Shown: in pieces, positions 11,028 through 25,051 of the stretch
Numbering within the stretch: the first letter of the stretch is position 1
Layout of the letters: each line of letters starts with the position of its first letter
Assembly: GCF_009914755.1 (NCBI RefSeq)
Contig: NC_060946.1
Direction: 5' to 3' (one strand)
From: the human T2T-CHM13v2.0 reference genome, Homo sapiens
Length of the DNA: 64,000 nt
Notes under the pieces: generated by a model
What the model was told of the DNA's origin: nothing
Seen by the model: the letters and a program-made list of their open reading frames with translations, nothing else
Database searches by the model: none
Translations under genes and position numbers: made by a program

Positions 11028-11267
11028 ATGGCAGCAGAGTCCAAGAAAAGAACTTAAGTAGTGTCCTCAAAAGTATCCAGCCTGGAGCCCTGCACTGAGG
11101 AGTGCAGAAACCAGTTCAGAGGGAAAAAGAGAGAAACATCTCTGCAAGCCTTATTGCCTCCTGAGCTCAAAAACCCTAACTCATCCCCTCTCTGCACCAC
11201 AGCCCTAAACTTCAAATTGTTTCTCACTGCCAATCTCTCCTATTCAACATGCTCCCCTCCCTTCTTC

Positions 11268-11571
<304 letters not shown>

Positions 11572-12764
11572 TTCCCCTCCCTTCTTCTTTTAGGCGCTGT
11601 TTCATTAAACATTATCAGCATCTCATTAAATACACAATCTGCAAAATGGAGGGCACTGCCCTGCTCAGTGAAAAGGGCTGCTTTCCTTTTTGAGGGGACA
11701 CAGCCTGGGAAGAAGAGAGAAAGAGGCTGGGCACACAGCGCCGTGGGAGAGCAGCCCCAGAAAGGGTGAGCACCGTGGGGCGAGGCCATGGAAAGGGGGT
11801 GGGAAAGACCCCCACCTCCAGCCCAGTCTCCACTCTCCGACCCAGCACCAGGTTCAGGCAGCACACACATTGCCCGCTGCTAGCCTGGTGAGAGGGCGCA
11901 GGAAGATGGCACTATGATTAGCTCCTATCGGGTCCGAGGGGTAACCTAATTTACTGCTTGGCCATAACTGCATTTCTCAGAGAGCAAAGGCAGAAGGGAG
12001 TTAGAAACCAAAATGGCTTTTGTGAGATTAACAACTAGAGATGATTCTTCCCGCTAGCTGCAGAGCTGTACCCACTTGGAGATCTTTAAGGGTAGGAATA
12101 ACAAGAACAAAAGTTTCATAAAGTAAGCCGGCTTCTTTAACTGGGCATCTCGGCTATCCCTCACATTGTACGATGGCCAGCTGCAATCAGTAATTTCTCC
12201 CCTCAGTGTTTCAGAAAAGACTAAAGCTTTCCACGGGTACAGCCCCATTTTGCCATCACCTACCTTTCTCCCCCTCATTCTCATCCCACTGGAAAAATCC
12301 TCACGCTGGTAAGAGCTTTGGCTCTCTTAGGATTTCCACTTCAAGATCCGTGACTGCTGAATGCCACTTGAATACTGATTTAGACCCTCTCCCTAAGAAG
12401 TTGTATCTGACAGTCCAATGCTACTACTCTACCACTGGCACATAGTTTGGGGGTAGAAATAGTATGGTCTTGGAAGGGGAACAGTGGGCAGAAATGGGAA
12501 GTCATTAAGGCCCTTTACAATACGCACATTTAGGATCAGCATCCCATCTGAATGCCAGATGGGTGACTGCTTTACAGTGAATGCTATTTGCATTGGTCAA
12601 CACTGCTAGCAAAAAGAATTCTGGCTCTTGGCTGGGTGACAAGAGCGTGCAAAAAGCAAGGGGAGGGGGCCGTCCCCCATATCCCTTCCCGCTGCCCCAC
12701 CACCACAGCGTGCCCCGTGTGCTTGGCTCTCAGCATCCCATGCCACGGGTTCATGCTCTTTTAC

Positions 12765-12821
12765 CCTCTCATGGTGGGGGCTCTGCTTGCCACGGTTGTC
12801 AGCATCAAGATCCCTGTATGT
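12765..12821 (-). CDS. MICAL3: MICAL3 alternative cassette exon C (TYRDLDADNRGKQSPHHER)
   Basis: gccaacag|...AGG|GTAAAA, 57 nt, phase 0-0. Confidence 0.75.
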
Positions 12822-14623
12822 CTGTTGGCAACAAAGTAGAAACTTAAGCTCCATGCATATCGCTCTATTTGGACCTACTAAACGACAGTGGGAAATTCAG
12901 GGGCAGAAATGCAGAGTTCAACACATATCGCCTTCCCCTACTAACCCCATCCCCAGGTAACCATAATCCCATCTGTATCAAATCCCATGACACAAGGCCG
13001 ACTTTCTGCACAGCCATTCCACCCCCCACTGGCCTCCGACGAGGCCAGCTACACGGATCAATGAAGAACTATGGTTAGTACAAAGGTGGAACAAGCATAT
13101 TTCTTTCACACAGTGGCATAAGATCAGAGGCATCAAATGGAAGGTTTAGAAGGAGAGGCAGGTTAAAAGGGTGACACATTCCACAACAAGACATTTTAGA
13201 AAGCAAAGGTGGGGAGGTGGGAATTGGCTAGAATAAATGACTAAGACAGCAGTCCAGAGGAAACTCCAGAGTGGGAAGTGGTTCCTGAATAGGAGCATCG
13301 GGCCAAAGCATAATTTACTAAAGGGAGAAGTGAATGTGTTTTTGGCGAATGGACGGGAAGGTATATGTGAAAGGGTAAAGACCTGCAGGTAGGGACATGG
13401 CCTTGCTCATCCGAGGAGCCAGAAGCGGCAATCACAGGACCAGGGAAGGCTCCTCGCATTACTCTCTGGCTGGCTAAGGGTTCACCTTACAGCCACGTGC
13501 GGGTGGAAAAACAGCCCCAAGGCCTCTGACGTGGCTGCTCCTATCTAGCACCCGTGAGCATAATGTCTCTGTGGGCAGAGGGAGGCCAGAGCGTAGCCCC
13601 GGTCCCACAAGCCAGATTCGAGTCTGGCTGCATTGCTTACTATGCGGCTCAGACACGTGACATGGCCTCTCCACTCTATACTTCAGTCTCCTCCCTGGTA
13701 AAACGGAGCCAGTAACAGCACCTGCCTCACAGGGTTACTGTGAGAACTGACGGAGACACAGCTTGAGAAGAACTGAGCGTGCTTTCCAGGCGACAGCGGA
13801 CGCTGAGGACGGCTAGCTCTTGTGTAGATGAAGGCACCCAGCAGCTGCTCAACCTGCAACGGCTCAGTTCTGAGAACCATGGACACAGGTGGGGCCTTTA
13901 AAATCAGTCACGTTAATACGGTCACACTTTAAACAGGCCACCCTAGGTGGGAAAATGTCTTTCCATAGATCCTGCTCTTGAAACTCACATTTTATAGAAA
14001 CATACCATGAAGGTCAACAATGCCATCCTACAAACATGCCGCAGACACACGCCTGCTGTCCTCACTGGCCTGCTGTCCTCACTGGCCACAGCTGTGGCTG
14101 GCTATGGGGCTGCTCCTGAATGCTGTGCCTGGCGTGCAAGTGCAGTGGGGAGGAGTGTTTGTTGGAAGATGCTGAATGGGCAAGAGGCAGAGCTCCCAGA
14201 ATCAGAAGGAACGAAACTCACGTGGAGAAGCCCTGCGGCAGTGCCCGAAGGCCTTACTCCACCTCACTGTGCAGCGAGAGAAAAGGGCTGCCTTCAGTGG
14301 GGTTTTAGAAAAACAGGCTGCTCTCAGGGCTCCTGGGCCTCGGATGCACGACAAACATCAATTACAGTTGAACTTCTAGTTCGTGGTGGGACAGTCGTGT
14401 TTCCATGATGTGGGTGGGACTGACTAGGGTCAGGTGTGAATGTAGGATGCACCATCCTGAGGGCCATAAAAGTTGCTTCCACCACAAACGGTTTCTACGC
14501 ATAGCCTTTCTTCTTGATAGTTATTGCTGGTAAGAGGGAAAGTGACTTGGTCTCTACACTAGCCACCTACACAGACAGGCAGGCAGACAGAGACAGGAAC
14601 ATGGAGCATGCAGAGAGGATCAC

Positions 14624-14722
14624 CTGCTGGCCGCCATGTGCCCGACAGGGAGGTGGAGTAGGGGGAGGAGACAGGGTGATCACTTTTTTGGGGCAGGTCC
14701 GAGAACACTCCTTTTCCCGTTG
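14624..14722 (-). CDS. MICAL3: MICAL3 alternative cassette exon B (QREKECSRTCPKKVITLSPPPTPPPCRAHGGQQ)
   Basis: Weak AAG acceptor after a GT/T-rich tract, CAG|GTGATC donor, 99 nt, phase 0-0. Confidence 0.72.
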
Positions 14723-17693
14723 CTTTTACACCAACAGACACAAACAGAGAGAACATCATTCAAACAGTGGCCATGTGGAAGCTGGTTCTGGGAGGACTGA
14801 AGGGTGTTTGTCAGAAGCACCCCAGGGAGGCCTTTCCTTGCCCCTCCATCCTCAGAGGGCAGCCCAGTGGTCTCCCGTGGGCCCCCAGGTGGGACGTGCA
14901 CCTTCTGATAGGCACAGCCACAGGGGTGATCTGCGGGACTGGGGAGAACCAGCGGTGCAGCACTTTCCAGGTGCCAGGGAGCAACAGTTTTCTCAGGGAA
15001 GTTGGGGATACAAGAAATAGGCTTGCTGATGAGTAGAGAGGGCAAACAGGCCAACCACTAAGAGGGGACACAGAGACCCCCTCTCAAGGGCTTGGTCACG
15101 TGCATCCAATGAAGCGAAGCAGCAGCCCCTTCAGGGAGCAGCTGTGATAGTGGCTGGCACTGCTGCCCTCCTCTCAGTCCCTGCACTCATGGAGGCTCAA
15201 AGGGCTCCAGGAAACTAACAAGGAAATGCAACAAAGGCAGGAGCATGATGTCAAAATTAAATGTGTCTCACTAACATTTGAATGCCATATACATGTCCCT
15301 GGCTTTTCCCTCATTTCTGCCCCCTCCACCGTATTCCCTTCGAGAGTCTGTCTACAATTTACAAAGCCGCTGGTATTTGAGAAACAATCACACATTCCCA
15401 GGCCTCTCTGATACCTTCCAAGGAAGTCTCATCTCCCTGTGCCCAGGTGACCCATGGGGCAGCATGCAGGGAGCCGGGGAGCAGGGAAGCCACGAGGTCT
15501 GGGGAAACAGCCCCGTACTCGCTCAGAGCTCCCATGACAATCTACTTCCAAACTAGGGCTGGTTAATGCACAGAGCTTGCCTTTGGGATGTGTTTCTGAG
15601 ATCAAAAGGCAAAAGGGTGGGGAAGGGAAGAGCCACAGTGTTTACAAAGTAAGGAAATAAAGAGAAGCCACTGGCAGGCTGAGCTGCTATTATTTTCCCT
15701 CTTCCATATGATGACCTAGGCTGAGGCGGGCCCTTCTGTCAACTCAGCTATCACTGTCCTACCAGGCAATGCCCTCCTGCCTCTGAACCACCTCCAGAGA
15801 AGCACCATGAGTCACAATGGGATGCTGCCAGTCAGCCCTGCTTCTTGAAGGGAGATGCGGAGGGCCAGCCATGGGAGGCATCAGACACAGGGCCTGGGTA
15901 CCACTGGAGTTCCTCTGTCCCAGGCTTCTGCAAGTATCTGGCACTGCAACTCCAACTCTCTTTCAGGAGATAAATTTAGAAGGCCCAAATGCATGATTTA
16001 GAGCTGAGAAAGTTCTATGTGAATACTATACATTTCACATGGACTTAAGAACTGTGAGTTCCGGTTCACAGTGCTATCTCCCTGCCACCTGGTAAATTCG
16101 CAAATCCCTATTGGATATCCCCTGTACCAAAGAACCTAACGGGGTTCTCACCGCTAACGATTTCTCACCAATCAAGTCTCATTTATACATCTGCCCAGCT
16201 ACTGTCTCCAACTGTAATCTCCAGTGCCCATCCCACAGAACCTGCGTTTGACTTTCATGGTTCTATTCCACTGCCCACACAGCCTGCCAGTCTCCTACTC
16301 CACCATGACCATACCGACTCAGGTGACAAGCTGCGCTGGCAGGGACTACCAACATTCTCCAGGGAGAGTGCTTCTGGCGGCCCCTCAGTGCCATTCCAGC
16401 CACAACCACCTGTTCCCCCACTCGCCTATGTCACTCCTGACCTCCCTCTCCCTCTGCTCCTCCCACCTCAGGCACCCGTTATGAATACTGTAAGAGGTTT
16501 TGGAATCCAATTTGGAGTTCACCTTCCCCTGCAACAGATCCTCAACTAAGCATCATCTTTCAAATCATATCTTCCACCTAGACATCAAGGCAAAGGTTAA
16601 GAAAATAAAATGCAAGTAAACTTCCAATTACATTTTTCAGAAGACCTCCCTCATGCACAGAGAAAGAATGAATTCGCCTTCTGTCGTGAGTTTGGACACT
16701 GCTCCCAAAATTCCATCTCAGCCTTTTGGGCCCTGCCTTTAATGTGCTATATTATCAAAGAATGGTTAGAAAGGAACATTTTTGCCTGAATGTAAGTAAT
16801 TTAAATAAAACCCAACTCACCACTCCTCAGTATCTCCTAACAATAAACTCACTTTACAGCACAGGAGGCTGGGGAGACCGACTACGGAAGGCACTGACGG
16901 CATCCAGGGCCCACTCATGGCCCTCTCAGCATCTCAGCAGACCTAAATGATATCGGACAACGAGGTAGCCAACCCTGGCTCCACTCGAGAGCAGGGACTT
17001 GCTCAGCTGTGACACGGAGGAAACGCAGCTGGGGGTCCCAATTCCTCTGCTGGGTTTTCTCTTAGAAAGCGCATGCCATCACCTGCCCTATTCTGTACTA
17101 CTTAGGATAAGCAGTTTTCCAGGAGATCCTGCCAAGGTTTTAGTGAAAATTTCCAAAAACATTAATTTAAATGTAGAGAAAACACCAAGAAAATGTCCAG
17201 GAATACCTTCATCCAGGATTTAAAACAAACACAAACTCATAGTTCCAGACTATTTTCCTGGATAACATTCTCCTATTTAATGTAAAAGGCTCTACACCCC
17301 AACTCTCAGGCCTGACATACTCAGAATTCTCTCTCCCAAGGTCACGAGGAAACATGCTAGAAAAAAGTCAACTTGAGACAAATGTGACAACAGCAAACCC
17401 AAGAGCGCGGGTACCCTTGGGTGAGCCACCTACCACACAGCTTCAGCGAGTTTCAAACCAAATCAACAGTCTCCCTTTTAACTTTCTCAAATCCCCAGGA
17501 GTTACATAAATCATGCAATCAATCAGCACTGCCTGTTCAATGTTTTCCCAGAGCTACTACTCGAATGAGCAGAGATTTCCTGCCCTCATGAGCTAGGATT
17601 CCAGAGCACAGGCCTGAACCCTGGCTGGCTCAGGAGGAGGGGTAGGAAGGCCTGGAGAGACAGCACCCATCCTGGCCCTGGCAGTTCCTTTAC

Positions 17694-17777
17694 CTGTTTC
17701 CACCGGGGGGTGGGGGCAGGGCGAACCTGCCCAGGCAGGCAGCAGGACGGCTGGCTGGCCCCACGCTCTTGTGTCAG
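17694..17777 (-). CDS. MICAL3: MICAL3 alternative cassette exon A (LTQERGASQPSCCLPGQVRPAPTPRWKQ)
   Basis: gtcccag|...CAG|GTAAAG, 84 nt, phase 0-0, no stop; I recall this peptide from MICAL3 isoforms. Confidence 0.8.
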
Positions 17778-19296
17778 CTGGGACACACAGGCCAAGTGTG
17801 GGTGGGGACAGGACATGGAGACAAAACAAAATAAAAATACATTAAGGTGGGAGAAGAACAGAAAGAACTCACAGGCGACAGCCCCATATCTGTGAACTGT
17901 GGGGAAGAGGGGGACTCATTCTTAGAAAGTTACACTTCTAAAGCAAAGCTAACAGCCTCCCCCAAACCAAAAGCAAATGCAAAAGAACAGAAAAAGGAAA
18001 ACAGAAGCTGTAATACGCATCATCTCTTTTCCAAGCTAAATGTTCTCTGAGTCTAAGCCACTAATTCTGATTTGGAAAACTAATATTCCCATCCAAAATG
18101 AGGAAAGCAACCTTCTCTTAGAGGCAACCTTCCTCTAACGGACAGCATTCCAGCCTTCCCAAGGTAGGGGCACCTGGGGCTGCCAGAGCCTCCAGACAAC
18201 CACAACCGTTTATCAATGAATATCATCACCTTTTCTGTGAGCCATAGCATGAAAAGACTGGCGTGCAAAGACTAGATGTGGGAGGTAGTTAATTATGGCC
18301 AGACTCCAAGCAAAGCTGCTCCCACCCATCTGGTCCATAGGAAGAATGGCTGATGGGCATGGAAAAGACGGAGAGAGAGAAGAGAAATTCAGAGAAGCAG
18401 CCCTGCCCTCCAGCTGCTCTCTCCAGTTATCATTGAGATTTATGAGACACTTCCAGTGCGAATCTTCAAAATCCCAGCCCCGCCTCTTGTAAGAAGTCAG
18501 AGTGACTTTTAGACAATCAAGGGGAGAGACACGCCCTAACCAAGACACCCCAAGCCACAAGCTGCTGCCATGCACTCGCATGCATGGCATGTGGGAGTGC
18601 TGCTTAGCACTCAATGCTCATATTCCTAGGAAAATATCCCGGGAAACAGCTGCAACACACAAAAGAAGCTTTATCATAAGAACGCTTATCCAAAGATGAG
18701 AAACAACTCGAACATCCAACACTAGAGCAACAGCTAAGAGAAGCCTGATGCCCACACATTCCAAAAGGTGCTTGTAAAGAGTCAGGAACAACATGGGAAC
18801 GCCTACGGTTAAATGAAAAAAGGAGAATCGAAAAGTATATGTTAAGAATGACCTCATCTACAAAAACAAGAATACACTGAAAAAAACACCAGAAAGAAGG
18901 GCAGGAAAATATTAATTAATAGAATTACAGGTGGCTTAATTACCTTTACTGTACTTTTCAGCATTTTCCTCAGTAAGTGTGTACTTCTCTAGAATTTAAA
19001 TATGTCTGCAAACATGTACAGATGTACAGGTATATGAATACAGATTTTTTTTAGATCCCTCTGCTGATTCTTGTCAGTGGACACCTCAGGCCTGAACACT
19101 GAGGACGGAGCAACCCTCAGAGCCTGAAGCAAGCATATACAGGGCTCTTCTTTGCTGCAGTCAGGCGAGGGAAAGCCAGATGCCAGCCCACGAACGCTGG
19201 GGTCTGTGACACAGCCCATCTCAATGGATGGAAAAGATCCCCCCTTCTTGTGTGATCTGACCAAATCGGTGTGGGCAGGGCACGGGTTGGGTTTAC

Positions 19297-19470
19297 CTGT
19301 CTCCGTATGCCGATGGACTGTGCGGGCGCATTCTCTTCAAATTTGGCCAGCAGCTGGGTCGCCATGTACTTCACTTTGTTCTGGTTCCCAACGGCAACGT
19401 CCATCCTCCTGTCTGTCAGAGTGCTCACCAGGGTCGGTCTTTCTCCTCTGTGGCCCCGAGGAGCTTCCTC
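19297..19470 (-). CDS. MICAL3: MICAL3 exon 16 (EEAPRGHRG...NKVKYMATQLLAKFEE...IRRQ)
   Basis: Acceptor tgaccag, donor GTAAAC, 174 nt; cumulative CDS 2241 nt, phase 0. Confidence 0.95.
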
Positions 19471-19769
19471 CTGGTCAATGCCAACCCCAAAGAACCCGGC
19501 GCTGTGACAGGAGGCTCCCCCCATGCCCCTCCCTCACAGAAGTGCACTCAGGACCTGGCATGGGGGCTGGTGGACTGGCTCAGCTCTCAAGGTTCCCGTG
19601 TCCACACAGAGACAGCAAGCCTGGAGGTAGGGCCGTATAAAGAGTACTGGGACCTGTGCTGGTACTGCCACATTCCAGGAAGCCACTGCCCTCGAACACA
19701 TGTATGAACCAAAGAGACAAGGAGGCCCTGGTGCACGTGTGTGCATCCCTGGTGTGCTCTGGAAAATTA

Positions 19770-20460
<691 letters not shown>

Positions 20461-20588
20461 GCCCAACAGAAATTCTCATAAAGGATGAATATGAAAAGAC
20501 CTAGCAATACCAATGTGGAAATGAAGAATTTTAACCAAAAGGGGCTATTCCACATGACCATTCTAGCAATTCCCCAAGTGAATCTCAC

Positions 20589-20651
20589 CTCCTCTGATTG
20601 ACTGGTCTTTCTCCTCTTCCCAGCACCATCCAAGTCCTTTTCCTTTTTATC
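20589..20651 (-). CDS. MICAL3: MICAL3 exon 15 (DKKEKDLDGAGKRRKTSQSEE); RKR...KRRK across exons 14-15 resembles a bipartite NLS
   Basis: Acceptor ggtacag, donor GTGAGA, 63 nt. Confidence 0.94.
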
Positions 20652-20741
20652 CTGTACCAAGGGAGGAGGGAAACTGCATTATTCTAGCCATACATACCTT
20701 GCCATTAGCTTTGCAGCCAATCAAGAGACTCCTCCACATAC

Positions 20742-20854
20742 CTTGGGAGAACGCTTCCGAGAGATGGTCTGGCCAAGTTTGCTTAGGAAGGAGATAGGGG
20801 ATCTGGTGCTGGCTATCAGGACTGCTTTCTCCTCGGCATTTAGGTCCAAGGTGT
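20742..20854 (-). CDS. MICAL3: MICAL3 exon 14 (DTLDLNAEEK...ISRKRSPK)
   Basis: Acceptor ttcccag, donor GTATGT, 113 nt; followed by a 90-nt intron. Confidence 0.95.
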
Positions 20855-22452
20855 CTGGGAATAGAAACCAGTGATGTTCAAGCACAGCCCTTGAGGGCGC
20901 CGCAAAATCCTGACCAAAACTACTCTCCCTCGTGGATGGTTCGCAGAGCCTCAGAAGGCTCTAAAGGTTCACCAGCTCCAGGACAAGCATGTGGTCTCAG
21001 TAGGAAACGCCACGGAGGAAATGCATACTTGGGTATGGACATTGAACCTTCTTTTGTTCATCCACATAAACAAAAATGACTCTTCTTCCCAATCTACTAC
21101 AGTTACCAAAACCCGCACTTTTGCTTTTCAAAAGTTGGAAGCTGGCTGTGATTGTTAGTTACAGCAGAGTGCTGAAGGCTCGTTTTTGTGACAAAAATTT
21201 CAGGACAGAGAGAGAGGGAGGGAGAGAGAAAAGCAGAGAGGCGATGAACTCAGGGTTCCTGGTTTTAGTGTATGCAGATGCCACACTCTGAGCTGCACAC
21301 AGATGGGGGTGGCACTGAATGGGTACGTCGATGTTAGAGCTGTGGCTTTCTGTTGTAAGAACGTCATGGCTAACCAGGAAAAGCCACAGATCCTTACAAG
21401 AATATATGGGCTGGAAAGCACTGGAGGGTGGTAACACAAGCTTTTTGGATTTCAATGTTTCATTAGTAACAACAGCAATTTTTAAAATAGTCATTAATTC
21501 ATAGTAAATCACTAACATTTATTAAGTACTTCCACTGGCCAAACATCCTTCTTGGCACATCACAATGTAATTATACATATTATCCCCATTTTACACCCGT
21601 TACCCCATTTTACAAGATAGGTTGACGGAAAGTGAGACACAGGAAAATTGAGTAACTTGCCTAAGGCCAAGTGGAAGCCTGGGATACTGTAAATCCAGGT
21701 CAGACCCCACAGCCAACACTCTAGCCTCAACCTACACTTACTCTAAGGGACAATTAATGACAACAGGAATATTTTTTGTAGCACTATGAGAGCCTGAGAC
21801 AGCAAGCTGAGAGACAAGCAAAGATTTTTGGGAAGTGCTAACAAGTAGGAGTAGAAAGAAGCCAAGAGAATGCACAGTGACAGGAGAAAGAAGGGCAACA
21901 AGAGTGGTTCAGGATCACAGACACAGAGGAGACAAGATAATTCCACGAAAAGGGACATCGTTCTCCGGTGCTCAACAATGCAGAAAAGCAAGTGCATGAG
22001 AGATGGGAACTGAGAAAAGAGTAGGAGGTGGGAATCCTCCTCACTGGGGAACAGCTGCAGTAGCGCGGTATGAAGAGAAGCCGGATTATAACCCGTTACA
22101 AAGTTTGGGCCGTGCAGAAGCAGAGGCCACAAGCACAAGCCACTTCTTCAAAAAGGCTGGCTCTGAGAGCACGAGCACTAGAAGGTGGTGGTCACGGAAA
22201 AAGACGGCACAGGAACGATTTCTGCATTTTTATAAATGCAGTGAGAAAGAAAGGAGGGGTTGAGAACACACTACTAGAGAAGGGAGAAACAATGAAGCAA
22301 AGCTCCAGAGATTTCCCTGACAGCTAACTGGTAAAAACACAGAGTAACTTTGTGTTTGGTGGCACTGCTGCGGGACAGTCGGAAGGAAGGAAGAACAGCC
22401 GGGCCACAGCACAGCAGCAGGGGGCCGCAAAGCAGCTCCTTCCAGGCCTTAC

Positions 22453-22649
22453 CGCTAGAGGGGAGGGAGTCCTTAAACATCTCGTAGAACTGAGTCAGGT
22501 ACATCACCATGGACAGCTTATCAGGCTCCCCCACGGAGGCCATTTCTTTGCCTGTCATGATGGGAGAAATGCCCAATTCCTTCTCAGCAATGTCAAAGGC
22601 CAGTTGGTTATTCTTCTCCACATTTTGCTCATCCAAAGAATCAAAATCT
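22453..22649 (-). CDS. MICAL3: MICAL3 exon 13, CH domain C-part (IDFDSLDEQ...PDKLSMVMYLTQFYEMFK)
   Basis: Acceptor tttctcag, donor GTAAGG, 197 nt. Confidence 0.96.
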
Positions 22650-22963
22650 CTGAGAAACAGGACAAGGAAAACATATCAAGATAGGTTGACAGTCCTTAAA
22701 CAGAAACGCAGTATCCTGGAGTCATCGTCCTTTCTCTGTTTTCAGCTAAAATCCAGGGTGCTGTGCATCGCTGACATTTGAGAGCAAACCTGTCTTATCT
22801 CACCTCTTGTTCTTTTTCTTTTTACTGAGGAAAAGCAAAGCAACCTCAGGAAGTGATGAAAGGTCTACCCACCAAAGAAAAAAAGGGAGAAAGTCAAAAA
22901 ACGACTCTCATTTTTCTAGTAACACAAATTTACTACTAAAATGTGAGCTCGAGAATAGGGACT

Positions 22964-23247
22964 GGCTGGGCACAGTGGTTCACACCTGTGATCCCAACAC
23001 TTTGGAAGGGTGAGGCAGGAGAATTGCTTGAGCCCAGGAGTTCAATTTAAATTAAAAATTTAATTCAAATTAAAAATTAGCTAGGCATGGCGGCATATGC
23101 CTACAGTCCTAGCTACTTGGGAGGCTGAGGCAGGAGAATCACTTGAGCCCGCAAGTTCAAGGTTGCAATGAGCTATGACTGTGCCACTGCCCTCTATCCT
23201 GGGAAATAGGGCGGGACCTGTCTCTAAAAATAAAAATAAAAAATAAT
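22964..23247 (+). mobile_element. Alu (old, AluJ-like, internally rearranged)
   Basis: Alu arms and A-rich tail. Confidence 0.8.
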
Positions 23248-24903
23248 AGGAACTATCTTTAATATATCTTGATCCTTGTGTATGGCCCATCCACATTAAA
23301 CTAATGTCAAAACATGATACATCTCCCATTTGGATCAGATTGCTCCTACAGGCCTGGGACTATCACCCACCATGGCCCTTAGACCTGACAAGCTGTTAAG
23401 GTACTAAATCAGCTCTGATCAATCTTAGCCTTCTCCTGGAGGGGAAATTCCAAAATCCTCCTCAAAAAATTTTTCCATTGCTAAGTTTCCTATTTAGATT
23501 AATGGCCATTTCCTACTGGGTTTAAGCCTCTTGCTTTTCAGAAGACTGATCGCATTCTTCTTTACATGACTTCAGGTTAACCCAGCAGCCCTTAATTCTG
23601 TGTTAATCTAGGATCCCACAGCATTTTCCATTTTCTCAAACTCCTCCTCACCATAGGTTCAGCCTCTGAAACTATGACCTCACTGCTGCTGAACAGTGCC
23701 GCGCTGTCCCTGTGCTGCTTTGCCTTCCTAGAAGACGGTCCCCTAACCTTCTCCAGGCGCCCCTCCACCCCCACCTGCTAGGCTCCCTCAACCACTTCTG
23801 CCTGTTCCCTTTGGAACAGAGCTGACTCACCTGCCCATCCTCTGCCACTGATCACAATCTTTCCCAAGCTGCTCTTCCTTGCCCTACCCCCTTTCTTTGG
23901 CAGGAGTGAATAAGCCCTATTTTTACTTACTTGCTATCAACTTCTGGGTGAGCTAAGTGACAGGAGCACCAGAGGTCACTTACCTCCATCCAAGCACACC
24001 AGAAATCCCCATTTGTAATCCACACTGCACAAGGCTATTTTTACCAGCTCTTGCCTTGTCAGTTTATAACCATCATATAAATAGCAACTATATCTTGTAG
24101 GATTCCTTAAGCAATCATTAAACAAAACAAACAGAAATTGGCCCCTTAAGTGGACCTAATGATGAAAAGGACAGGAAACCAAAATAATGCAACATGCTCT
24201 GCTTCTGAATCCTTCGGTTTGGCTTCCGTGGTAACAAATGCCGATGGGGGAACCTGGGTGTGCTGGTCCCCGCAGCTGACCTGGGGTCACCCTAGAACTC
24301 TGATTCTGTAGACAGGTGAGTGGAGAATGGCCAAAGGAGATGTCACTGGGATAGGTGGGTAGGACAACAGAGTATGTCTGTAAAAAACGCAGTCTTTAAC
24401 ACAGAGAAAATACCAATGAACCATCATAAATTGGTCAACTGTTCATGATGTTTTGCTTTGTTAGTAGTGACACATTTGCCTTGAGCTGGCCAAATGTTCT
24501 AGCCAGGTTTCCCTTGTGACCCATAGAATTTGAGAGACAGCTGGCCGAAATGAAGAGTTCAACCGGGGCCAATAAACAGTTTTCCTTTGTGGGAAGCTAA
24601 CAGGCCCAGGTGGGTGTCAAAACCAGTTTTTGACTTATGAGTGTTGTGATTTTTAAAACTCAGCTATAGGAGCACAAAAAAAAAAATTGGAAAAAAACAA
24701 AAATAAAAATCATTCCTGGGTTGAGCTATATAATACATGACATACAGAGTTTCAAATATAGTGAAATCAAAATCACTGCCTTCTAGAGAAAGTATCTTAC
24801 TATGTACCTCATTCTAGGAAAAAGGACAAAATGTTACTTGATAGCAGAGTGGTCTGAGATCCTTGAGGAGTATAAAAAAACACAAAGTTTGATCACAACT
24901 TAC

Positions 24904-25051
24904 ATCAGGTCAGGGCGGTATCTATGGATAATTGCACAAAGGGCCAAGCCACTTTTCCAGGACATGGTGAGATCTGTCACGTTTACCCCTGCATAGCCAT
25001 CTGTCTGCCTCTGGCACCAACCCAGCAGTTTGCTTGAACGAGCTACAGACT
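24904..25051 (-). CDS. MICAL3: MICAL3 exon 12, calponin-homology domain N-part ([12 protein letters not shown]...[18 protein letters not shown])
   Basis: Acceptor tgttttag, donor GTAAGT, 148 nt. Confidence 0.96.

Noticed and set aside
6137-11098. The 1576-1635 aa repeat ORFs as real protein-coding genes
   Set aside because: They follow automatically from a stop-free 9-bp unit, overlap on both strands within an intron, and two start at TTG. Kept only as a RAN-translation hypothesis.
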